A stretch of DNA of 64,000 bases from the NCBI GenBank assembly GCA_030264375.1, contig JASCQW010000072.1, positions 73,763,239-73,827,238 of the forward strand. The letters are read 5' to 3'. Positions 1 through 10,945 of this stretch are shown here, in pieces. The position numbers were made by a program, and so were the translations under genes. This DNA is from Carcharhinus longimanus (taxonomy: Eukaryota). The number at the start of each line of letters is the position of its first letter. Position 1 is the stretch's first letter. Under the pieces are notes generated by a model. It was not told the DNA's origin. It ran no database searches and saw only the letters and a list, made by a program, of their open reading frames with translations.

Positions 1-570
1 GCGTGCTTGATTTCTTTGGTCAAAACATAGCGTACAGGAGTTGGGACATATTGTTGAAGTTGTACAAGGCATTGGTAAGGCCACACTTGGAATACTGTGT
101 GTGATTCTGGTCACCCTTTTATAGAAAGGCTATTATTAAACTAGAAAGAATGCAGAAAAGAATGCTACTGGGACTTGATGGTTTGAGGTATAAGGAGGGT
201 GGATAGACTGGGACTTTGTTCTCTGGAGCGTAGAAGGTTGAGACGTGATCCTATCGACATCTATAAAATAATGAGAGGCCACAGACTAGCTAGATAGTCA
301 ATATCTTTTCCCAAAGGTAGGGAAATCTAAAGTTAGAGGGCATAATTTAAGGTGAGAAGGGAGAGATACAAAAGTGTCCAGAGGGGCAATTTTTTCACAC
401 AGGGTGTTGTTGAGTGTCTGGAACAAGCTGCCAGAGGTAGTAGTAGAGGTGGGTACAATTTTGTCTTTTAAAATACATTTAGATAATTATATGAATAAGA
501 TGGGTATAGAGGGATATGGGCCAAATGCGGNNNNNNNNNNTTTCCATGCTGTAAACCTCTGTGACTCTAT
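1..570 (+). mobile_element. CR1/HER1-type LINE 3' fragment (decayed)
   Basis: Encodes an LYKALVRPHLEYCV-FWSP-like RT C-terminus and VWNKLPEVVVE, followed by a CR1-type 3' UTR. Confidence 0.85.
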
Positions 571-769
571 AATCACCTTTGATAAAGGTGAGTATTCTTC
601 ATCTAGATTCCAATGAGATTTAACCATTGAGAGGGAGGCCAGGACTAGAGAGAGAAGCCAAGGAGAGAAGGGCTGGTGGAGAGGCCTGGCTTGGACACCA
701 CTGCTGTCATTCCTCCCCTTAATCTCCATACTCTCTAGCATTCAGCTCTGTTTCAGATTTGAAGAGAGG

Positions 770-1135
770 CTAGTCAGTTGGTATTTTCCTTGGAGCGGAA
801 TAGGCTGAGAGGAGAACTGATTGATATGTACAAAATTATGAGAGACATGGATAGGGTAGATAGGAAAAAAATTTTCCCTTTAGTAGAAGGGTCAATAACC
901 AGATTTGTAGATTTAAGGTACGGGGCGGGAGATTTAGAAGGTATTTGAGGAATAACATTTTCACCCAGATGAAATTTGGAACTCTCAACATTTAGAAAGC
1001 ATGAGATGAGCACGTGAAATGCCCATAACATACAAGGCTACGACTAAATGCTGGAAAATTGGACCAGAATGGAAAGGTGCTTGATGATCAGCACTGATAT
1101 GATGGGCCAAAGGGTCTCTTCCTGTGCTCTGATTC
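770..1135 (+). mobile_element. CR1-type LINE 3' fragment
   Basis: FSLERNRLRGELIDMYKIMR motif and a CR1 tail (atgggccaaagggtctcttcctgtgctct). Confidence 0.8.
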
Positions 1136-2857
1136 TAAAAATCGAAAGGAAGATTGCGAGGTCTTTGTCTTAGCAGGTGATCCATCTCCTTCTGGCCAGC
1201 CTGGGTTATTAAATGCAGATGGCCTTTGTATAGCTGTCTTTGAAGTTGGGCTATACAGTTCAGAGGGGGTTGTTAGTGGCTCTGAGAGATAATGAATTGT
1301 GGGTTTTCCTAAAACTATGAAGTAGCTTTTGTTCCTAGTTCACAGACACAATTTTAGNNNNNNNNNNNNNNTGTGCAGTCTTAAAAGTTTTAGAAATGGC
1401 CATGAACAGATCTATGTATGCTTTAGAAAAATATAGAGTGAGGTCTTGGTCTCTTACAATATACAGTTCTTGGTAGCTTTACATCATCATTATTAATGAC
1501 TTGGATGAAGCAGAGGCCTAAGTGATGTTCCTTATTACCAAAGTGCATCCCTTTTATTGCTACTATCTCTATTCTACCTTCCAAGGTTTATCAACCTGTG
1601 TCATGAGGTACATTCCAATTGTGTATGTTTTTTTTAAACACAGGATGTACAGCGCTGACACAGGCTATTGGGTCCAACTAGTCTGTTCTGGTGTTATGTA
1701 TTACACAAAAATCTTTTATTTCAGTGTATCTTGCCATTCCTTTTCTTCTCCTATGTTCCCATTCCAATCGCATTTTGTTCTCTTTCTTACAAGGTTGTTC
1801 ATTTCACAAGTCTTCCATTTCTTGTCTGAGCTGCATCTGTCCTTAATTATGTCACATTCATAAGAAACATTTTCTGATAGCTTTGATATTCCTTTTTTTA
1901 ATATTCCGTTTTGCACCACTTATCACATACTTTGTATCTCTGTGTTATATAACTTCTGATCTGCTGCAGTTTAGCTTTTCCTTTTATTGTGGTTACAAAC
2001 TGCATAAGTGAAGTTTTTTGTCTTTTTGGGGAATGAACTGGCTTTGCATTGCATTAAAAACTTATTTAAATCTTCTGATTGTGTGCAGTTACTCATTAAT
2101 ATTCTAGTTTACAATGGTGGGATGTGTTTATCGCCCCTTGGAAGATGCATTACTTTAATCTGTGACTTTTATTTCTGCCTCTCAAACTTAGTATCAAATC
2201 CAGTCACGTTATGATTGCAAGTTGGCCCTTTACTGTTGGATTGTTATTTCATTCTGGTTTGTTGCTGAGCACTAAATCCAGTATTACCTTATCCTTTGGT
2301 TCTTAAACGATTAAGAGTACACCTCAGAAATTAGAGTGCTTTTACTATTTGAACTGTTCTACTTCGCACAATTGTGAAAAATGCTTTCAACTGTAACTGC
2401 TGTTGGTTTCTACTGCATGCTTCTCTGATGTCCATGTTTGTACAATGCCTGCTGCCCGGTCTCCTCACCCCCATCCACTAAATCATTGCAATCGAATCTG
2501 TAGAGAATTCCCACTGGAATATTACATCCTTGCCTGCTCCTTAGGTCCACATGTAGTGTTTTCTCTGATTTAATCACTTAACAAAATCTGTCAGTTTAGT
2601 GCTGTAATGTATTTGCTACTAAAATTCCTTCTCAACTTCTCTGTTCATTCTGAAGGTCCTGTAGCATGGAATATTTAGCTCCCAGTTATACCCAGCAGAT
2701 AGCTAGATTTCTATAATGATTTAATGCATCATGGTAATTTGGTGATCAACTGATGGGGTTGCATGTTTGGACTAGTCTTTCCTTTTTTGTGCCCATGTCA
2801 CTGGAACCTGCTGGCATCTTATTTTCCATCTGAAGGACTATCACCTGTGTTAGGACT

Positions 2858-3447
2858 CAAATGCACATGCTTTAGTAACAGGAATATACCATTCAACCCC
2901 TTTGGTTCTCCCTTCAGTACCTAATTTAATAAATCTATCAGTTTTTAGGCAGAAGGTTAGCAACCTACTTGACTTGAAGAGATAGTTGATTGCAGCCAAA
3001 CCTGATCATGTCTTCACTCCTTAGTCAAATGCACGTGCTTTAGTAACAGGAATATACCATTCAACCCCTTGGGACAATTATTAAATGAGATCATGCTGAT
3101 CTGTATCTCACATCAACTTGCCTGGTTTTTCTTCTTATGTTCTCTAACCCTGTGTCACCTGATCAAGTCTTCATTTCTTATCCATACGTAGGTGCTTTAG
3201 TAACAGGAATAGACTATTCACCCCTTTGAGACAACTATTAAATAAGATTATTACATCAACTTGCCTGATTTTTCTTCTTATGTTCTCATACCTTGTGCTA
3301 CCTGATCAAGCCTTCGCTTGTTATTCACATATGCTTTAGGAACAGGAGCGGACCATTCAGCCCCTTAAGATCAATGAGATCATGCTGATCTGTACCTCAG
3401 ATTGACATGCCTGAGCTTTTTTAATATGGTCTCATATCCTGTGCTAA
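2858..3447. repeat. Degenerate tandem repeat, about 4 units of 140-170 bp
   Basis: tgctttagtaacaggaatataccattcaacccc recurs at about 2869, 3036, 3193 and 3332. acatcaacttgcctg, ttcttcttatgttctc and cctgatcaag recur between them. Confidence 0.85.
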
Positions 3448-4774
3448 TGCCAACCTATTGGTTTTAGTATTGAAAATTTCAATTAACTCAGTCATTTAAA
3501 TGATATCTTTGACTGCAGTTGATTATTGGAACCACATTCTATGTACTTTGTGTTTTGGGTCAGTGTACTTTTAAAAAATCTGAACAAAACTTATTTGCAA
3601 ACACCAAAAATTAGGAATTTAAATCCCTCATGTTGGGCTGAAGTGGACCTAAATTTTCGTGATAATATGAACTTATGTATCCACCTTGTGTCCTCCAAGC
3701 CCTGACATTCCAGCTCTCAAAGCCAAGTCAACTGTATCTAATTTGTGGTATATTTCTTAGCTGCTGGTTTGCATTCTTGGAGTTTCGAAAGGGTTGTTTT
3801 TAACACCGCTGCCTCATTGGTTAATTAATCCTGACCCAAACACTTGAGACTTATTAATCGACACAGTTTAGGACACTTAACAGTGTAGCCACTGATGGAG
3901 CTGTATCTCCTGATTTTAATTTTTTTTTAAATGTGTTAATTGAAAATGTGTGTAAATGAAAAACATGAACAATTTTCAATTTGTGAATAATCCCATAGAA
4001 AATAGTGAAAAATGTGAAATGTTTATTTTGATCAGTTTCTCTTAAATTGACTTTAGTCACCAGCAAGAAATAACTGGACATGAATGGAGGATGTCAAACG
4101 CTTTCTGGTGTTCCACTGCCTGATGACTTAACGCAGGCGCTATCTCAATTAGTATGGGGCAATGCTTTTGCAAAAATGATAGACAGAAAGAAGTATAAAA
4201 TGTCAACACGCACACAAGACGCTAATTGTCACTCCTCGGCTCATTACGTGTACAAATCACAACATACAGTTCTTATCAGATTTTAAGTCCATCAAAAGAT
4301 AACTTGTAAATATTAACAATCTCATTTTTACTTCCAGTGTTTCATTCTGTTATTTAATGTTCTGTACAGATCAAGAAAAGATCAGAAATTTTGAGCTAAT
4401 GCTGATAACATTAGCAGAACTAGCTTTGTGAAAGGCAGTGTGAGGAAGCAGGTTAAAGTGTCTCAAGTCTTTTTACCTGACTGATATGACTACACCATGT
4501 TATCCTTAATAACTTCAGACTAGCTTCTCCTGGTAATATCAGCATTTAACTGTTTGAAATTATATTGCTACAATCCATCTGCAGCTTTCTTTAAAGGTGG
4601 CAATTGTCATCATTTTTAAATGGTTCCCTCTATTCATTATTGCATTTGTGTGCATTACATGCTCATTTTAAACAGGAACTGTGAAAGGTCAGTTTATAAT
4701 TTATAGTCTATAGTCAGTGCCACGTCTTGGAATTTGTTTTCCTAAAACCAATTGGAATTATTCTTCCTACTACC

Positions 4775-5270
4775 AACATGGAATAGGAGCAGCCCATTCA
4801 ACCCCTCAAGCTGCTCCACCATTCAATAAGATTGTGGTTGACCTTATGTAACCTTAAATCTGCATCCCGCCTATTCCAATGTTATCACCCCCTTGCTTAC
4901 CAAGAATCTATCTGCCTCTACCTTAAAAATATTCAACAATTCTGTTTCTATCACCTTTTCAGGAAAAGAGTCCCAAAGACTTAAAAGGTAAATTCTGACA
5001 GGAGGAAATAGCCTCATCTCTGAAAATAGACAACCTCTTATTTCTAAAGTGACCCTAAATTCTAGATTCTCCCTCAGGAGGAAACATCCCCTCCATTCGA
5101 TCCTGTCAAAACTCTTCAAGATCTTTTAGAGGCGAGTCAGCCTTTGTTCAACTCGCCTCTTACACTTCTAACCTCCAGTGGATACAAACCTTGTCTACCT
5201 AACCTTTTCTCTGAAAACACTTGCCCTTCCAAGTAGTAGCCTGGTAAATCTTCTCTGAACTGCTTTCAAC
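4775..5270 (-). mobile_element. CR1-type LINE 3' fragment
   Basis: Reverse-complement CR1 tail (aggagcagcccattcaacccctcaagctgctccaccattcaataagat). The minus-strand ORF has LWDSFPEKVIETELLNIFKVEADRFL. Confidence 0.8.
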
Positions 5271-6469
5271 GAAATTATTACCCTTGCTATTGCCCTTTAC
5301 AACCTTCAGAAGCAACACCCCGCCTCCCCCACTCCCCAAAAATCATCTAGTCAACAATGCCTTCATCCTCTTCCCTTCCTGTATTGCATCATATGTGGAG
5401 CACTACACTAAGTATGACTAGTTAATCATGTCAGTGGAATCTTAATATCCGGATTCTTCACTCAGTGTGGAGCCACAAAGTCACTGTTGGTTGATGCTGT
5501 AAGTTATATGCGTGTACATTTTTTTTGCCTTGCATAAATCCAGCCTTGGCTGTTGGCCTTTTTATTTGGACCCCTCCCTGACAGAAATGGCTCCTGCTGA
5601 CTGCTCAGGACTGCAGCTTGCTGATGGCTTGTTCCATATTGTCATGTCTCACCATCCCACTAAAAATCATTTTTGATTATGATTTCAGGGATTTTTTAAA
5701 AAAAAGTGAAGTCCTCTCTGACCAAAAGACTCAACCAACAAGATTCAAGATTAAGAAATGACGTCTGTTGTACACAGAGCTCAAAATGTAAATGCATCAT
5801 CAGCATTTATATTGCTGGTGAGAAGTTGTGAAGAGTTCCGATACCTCTCCATACTTCCCTAGGCCTGTCTGTACAACATTAGAAAGAGCTTTAGCAGTGG
5901 AAACTGACTGATATTGGCAATATATGATGTTGGACAGATTCAACCTGATTCTGATTTTTGTGAAAACTGTCCAACTCCGAGGACAATTGAAGGTCTGACT
6001 CCAGAGAAACTGCAAGTTTAGCTGAAAGTGAAAATGTTATGCTGGCACAGTTAATCAAACCTTTTCTGAAGTTTGGACTGAAAGTACCTTGTTAAGGAAC
6101 AGCAGAGGAAGATGCACTTTGATGTGGCTGAGCTGGGAATTCTGCATTGACTCTGGAGCTCGATTGTTAATTCTCCTGCAGGAATATGACTAGGCCATTA
6201 ACTTTGGGTATCAGGAAAACACCACCTAATCCCAACTCCAGAAAGGGAATCCTATGAGAGAAGGGGTGAGGAAGGCCAAGGGGTTCCATGAGAGCACTCT
6301 TGCTGCTCTTGGCTAAGAGACAAAGGTAGTTTTGGCTGCTGTTCCTGACAGTATTTGCCTAGGCTATCTGTACTTGGGCCTAAGATTAAAATGGCAGATT
6401 AAACTCTGCTGATGTTATCTACATATTTAAAGACGAGCCCTCTGGCTTGGAACAGTTGTCCATGCCTTT

Positions 6470-6735
6470 TAATTTAAAGATTATTAGTGTCACAAGTAGG
6501 CTTATATTAACACTGCAATGAAGTTACTGTGAAAATCCCCTAGTCGCCATGCTCCAACGCCTGTTCGGTTAACTAAGGGAGATTTTAGCATGGCCAATGC
6601 ACCTAACCAGCACATCTTTTGGACTTCTGGAGCAAATGCACGCAGACATGGGGAGAACGTGTGGATTCCACATAGGCAGTGACCCAGGCTGGGAGTTGAA
6701 CGTTCCTGGTGCTGTGAGGCAGCTGTGCTAACTAC
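6470..6735 (-). mobile_element. tRNA-derived V-SINE-like element with a non-CR1 tail
   Basis: Head (gctgtgaggcagctgtgctaac on +) and core are shared with the HE1-like copies. The tail ttattagtgtcacaagtaggcttatattaacactgcaatgaagttactgtgaaaatcccctagtcgcc is shared with 52905 and 61870. Confidence 0.75.
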
Positions 6736-6737
6736 TC

Positions 6738-7057
6738 AATAAATCAGTACTACATGTGATCTCGTACTGAGCCCCAGCTTTGTTTTCAGCTTTGTGCTTG
6801 AGTTAGTTGAATTGAGCTGAAACTGAGGTGCTTCAGTTAATCTGGGCAAGGACTGCCACTTCTGATCCTATGTCTGTCACTCCCACGACAGATAGCCTGC
6901 AGACAGTGACTATTGTCACCCACCTGCATGAAATGCTGTAGGATAGAGTATACAGGAAGAAATAAATGGAGTGTCTAAGAAAGATACTGCAATAATCACT
7001 GGTGGCTTTAATCTACATGTAGTTTGGGCGAATCAGATTGGCAAAGGTAGCCTGGAA
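6738..7057 (+). repeat. Copy 1 of a ~320 bp local duplication
   Basis: Nearly identical to 7854-8173, running aataaatcagtact...gattggcaaaggtagc. Confidence 0.92.
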
Positions 7058-7853
7058 CCACTGTGCCAGTCCTAAGTTGTGGTTAGTCAAGTTGGTGTGA
7101 GAAAGGAATGAGTAAGCCTTCTCCTTTGATCCAATTGCCTCTGTATCTCGACAAACCAGCTATGGAAAGTTAAAATCAAACCCTAAATAAATTTAATAGT
7201 AATGTTTTGTGCTGTTTCATTTCTTAAAGCTCTCTTCGTTCTTCATATATCTTCGTACATCCTTCCAGCCATTTTAGAGCACAGAGCTCTTAAGTGTACA
7301 TGCCTAGAAACAGATCTAATGGGTAATATTCTGTCATGCAGAGATGTGTTCTATCTCTTTCCCACCCCCCCCGATCCTGTTAATTGCTAATTCATTAACT
7401 TTGTGTTTACTGCTAGTGTAACTAGTTTGCATTATGTCTTCAAGGAACCACTAGTGCTCTAATAATAAAAAGTCGTTGTGCTCTCATGTAAAATGCAAGT
7501 GGGCAGTTTGCCTTTAATAATGAAAAGCTAAAGTTGCATATGTTAGTGCTAAATATTGTGGCTTTCTTTGATTGCACAATAAAAGATATAATTCAAATAA
7601 TGAGCAGCAGGGAAAATATTTGGGTGTGTAGGATGAACAAATATTGAAAGTGTTACATCTCGAGGTAACAATTGCAAAGGCAAATATTATAGTTTGTAGA
7701 ACTTTAACCATGTGAGAACACACTGATTGTTTGGATATCCTATCTAAAAGAAAGAAGCACCAGAAAGGAGGAATAAGAAATCACCCTTGATGGTGACAGG
7801 TCTTAAACCAAAGAGACAGAAGAAGGTAAATCTGAGCTCCTTCAAAGAGTCTG

Positions 7854-8173
7854 AATAAATCAGTACTGTATGTGATCTCGTACTGAGCCCCAGCTTTGGT
7901 TTCAGCTTTGTGCTTGAGTTAGTTGAATTGAGCCGAAACTGAGGTCCTTCAGTTAATCCGGGCAAGGACTGCCACTTCTGATCCTAAGTCTGTCACTCCC
8001 CACGGCAGATAGCCTGCAGACAGTGACTTTTGTCACCCACCTTCATGAAACGCGATAGGATAGAGTATACAGGAAGAAATAAATGGAGTGTCTAAGAAAG
8101 ATACTGCAATAATCACTGGTGGCTTTAATCTCCATGTAGTTTGGGCAAATCAGATTGGCAAAGGTAGCTGGAA
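7854..8173 (+). repeat. Copy 2 of a ~320 bp local duplication
   Basis: Nearly identical to 6738-7057. This copy continues into CR1 ORF2. Confidence 0.92.
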
Positions 8174-8553
8174 AAGTTTCTTAGAACAGTGCATTCTAAC
8201 TTCAACCTGGCTATCATAAGTCTGGTACTGTGCAATGAGACAGGATTAATAAATAACCTCATGTTAGCGGACCCCCAAGGCAACAGTGGTCATAGCATAA
8301 TGAAATTCCACATTCAGTTTAAAGGTGAGAAACGTAGGTCTAAGACAATTGTTTTAAATATAAATCAAGATTATCATAAGGTATGAAGGGAGAATTGGCC
8401 AAAGTGAATTGGGAAACTAGCTTAACAGGTAAAATGCAGTAACGGACATTTAAGGAGATATTTAATAACTCAAAGCAAAGATTTATTCCAGTGACAAAGA
8501 AGGACATTTTGAGATGGGTGAATCATCCTTGATTAAATAAGGAAGATGTAGAT

Positions 8554-9634
8554 GTAGGGTGCCTGGGTTCGCTGGACTCTGGGGAAGTGCTGGAAGATTG
8601 GAAAATGACTAATGTTACGCCGCTGTTTGAAAAAGGTAGCAGACAAAAGGCAGGGAATTACAGGCCAGTTAGTTTAATGTCCGTAGTTGGAAAAATGCTA
8701 GAATCCGTCATCAAAGAAGAAATAGCGAGACACCTAGAAAAGAACGGTTTGATCAAGCAGACGCAGCATGGATTTGTGAAGGGGAAGTCATGTTTAACGA
8801 ATTTATTGGATTTCTATGAGGATGTGACTAGTGCGGTAGACAGAGGGGAACTGGTGGTTTTTAGATTTCCAGAAGGCATTTGATAAGGTGCCTCACAAAA
8901 GGTTGCTGCAAAAGGTTAGGGTGCATGGAATGTGTTTGCGTGGATAGAGGATTGGTTGTCTAATAGGAAGCAGAGAGTTGGAATCAATGGGTGCTATTCT
9001 GGTTGGCAATTAGTGACTAGTGGAGTGCCGCAGGGATTGGTGCTGGGGCCTCAACTGTTTACCATTTACACAGACAATCTGGAGGAGGGGGCTGAGTGTA
9101 GGGTAACAAAATTTGCTGATGACAGGAAGATGAGTGGAAAAGCAAATTGCGTGGAAGGCGCAGAAAGTCTGCAGAGAAACCGGGATAGGCTGTGAGTGGG
9201 CGAGGACCTAGCAGATGGAGTATAATGTCAGCAAATGTGAGGTTATCCACTTTGGTAGAAATAATAGTAGGAGGGATTATTATTTAAAGGGTGAAAAGCT
9301 GCAACATNNNNNNNNNNNNNNNNNNNNNNNNNNNNNNNNNNNNNNNNNNNNNNNNNNNNNNNNNNNNNNNNNNNNNNNNNNNNNNNNNNNNNNNNNNNNN
9401 NNNNNNNTGGTGAGTCTCTGGAATTCTCTGCGCATTGAAGTGGTGGAAGCTACCTCACTGAATACATTTAAGTCACAGGTAGATAGGATTCTGATAGACA
9501 GGGGAATTAAGGGTTATGGGGAGAAAGAGGGAAAGTGGAACTGATCCACTCCAGATCAGCCATGATCTTGTTGAATGGCGGGATAGGCTCGAAGGGCTAG
9601 GTGGCCTACTCTTGATTCTATTTCTTATGTTCTT
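8554..9634 (+). mobile_element. Younger 5'-truncated CR1 LINE (RT domain) with an 8-bp TSD
   Basis: ORFs contain WKMTNVTPLFEKG, NYRPVSLMSVVGK, QHGFVKGKSCLTNLL, GVPQGLVLGPQLF and KFADD. It has a (ttcttatg)n tail, and atgtagat occurs at 8546-8553 and 9635-9642. Confidence 0.93.
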
Positions 9635-9885
9635 ATGTAGATAGTATCAAATTGAAAGAAACACTGTACAATTTTTGAGGTTTAATGGCAGGTCAGAAGC
9701 TTGGACAGATTTTAAAAAACAAGTAATGGCTTAAAAAGTAATAAAGAGAGAGAAATTGGCACATGAGAGAAAGCTAGCTAGAAAGATAAGAACAGATAAT
9801 TTCTAGAAGTATTTCAAAAGGAAATAAGTAACTAAAACAAATGTTAATCCTGGAGAGAGAGAATCTGGGGAATTAATAATAGAAA

Positions 9886-10945
9886 CCTTTGCTTGGCAGC
9901 TGGAGTTAGGGATAACTTGCTTTCACACTAAAAATGAGTTTGCAACAAACTGAGCCTCCAATGCGTGACCTGCTGTCTCTGTCCTAGGTGAGCAGACAGT
10001 GGTTGGAGGAGCAGGTGAATAGGGTGCCTGGGTTCTTTTGCCATCATTGCTTGGCTTTAGTTTGCTCCCGGTGATGTGTTCAGCTCCTTCTTGGATGCTT
10101 TTCCTCCACTTTGGGCAATCTTGGCACAAGGATTCCCAGAGGATACTGCACTTTTTCAAAGTGGCTTTAGGTGTCCTTGAAGACTTTCCTTTGCCCTCCT
10201 GGGCTCACTTGCTGTGTTAAAGATACAAGTAGAGCGCTTGTTTGGAAGTCTTGTGTCAAGCATGTGGATGATGTGGCCTGCCCAGTAGAACTGATTGAGA
10301 GTGGTCAATGCTGGGGTGTTGGTGTAAGCAAGAACACTTACATTGGTGCACTTGTCCTGCCAATGGATTTGTAGCATCTTGTGAAGAAAGTGCTGGTGGT
10401 ACTTCTCCAGAGCTTGAGGTTCCTTGCTGTATACAGTCCATATTTCTGAACCATAAAGGAAGGCCGATATTGCCACTGCTCTGTAGACCATGAACTTGGT
10501 GTTGGGTCCGGGTCTTCAAACACTCCTCCTCAGGTGACTAAAGGCTGTGCTGGCACACCGAAGGAGGTGTTGAACCCCATTGTAGGTGTCTGCCCCTTTT
10601 TGATATTAGGCTCAAGAGATGGAAATCGGCCCATACTGTCCAAGGTCTCGTTGTGAATTTTGACAACCGGGAACAGTACTTCGTGGTGGGAGCAGGTTGG
10701 TAGAGGACTTGTGTCTTAGGGATAATTAGTGTCAGACCTATGCTCTTGTACCCCTCAGTGGAGATGCTGGTGATGGCTCAGAGTTTGGCCTCAGTAAACA
10801 TAAGTGCAAGCATCGTCTGCATATTGTAGTTTACTGACAGCGGTGGGATGACCTTGGATCTAGCCTGCAGGTAGTGGAAGCTGAACAGATCCTGTTGGTT
10901 CTGTAGTTTAGTTCAACTTCAGGGTGCTTTCAGAGAGTGAAATGT
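9886..10945 (-). mobile_element. RTE-clade LINE 3' fragment
   Basis: Minus-strand ORF VYRAVAISAFLYGSEIWTVY...LEKYHQHFLHKMLQIHWQDKCTNVSVL...WAGHIIHMLDTRLP matches the RTE RT C-terminus. A YADDA-like motif (tatgcagacgatgc on the minus strand) lies near 10815. Confidence 0.88.

Noticed and set aside
2858-3447. Repeat-spacer appearance suggestive of a CRISPR array
   Set aside because: Vertebrate DNA, the inter-repeat sequences are homologous to each other, and there are no cas genes.
5383-5391. ATTGCATCA (ATF4/C-EBP amino-acid response element core)
   Set aside because: An isolated 9-mer far from any evident promoter. Chance occurrence in 64 kb is plausible and there is no supporting context.
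9308-9407. Exactly 100-N gaps (also 18799, 30400, 52234) and ORFs running through Ns
   Set aside because: These are placeholder gaps of unknown size, mostly in young repeats. ORFs containing X runs are artefacts.
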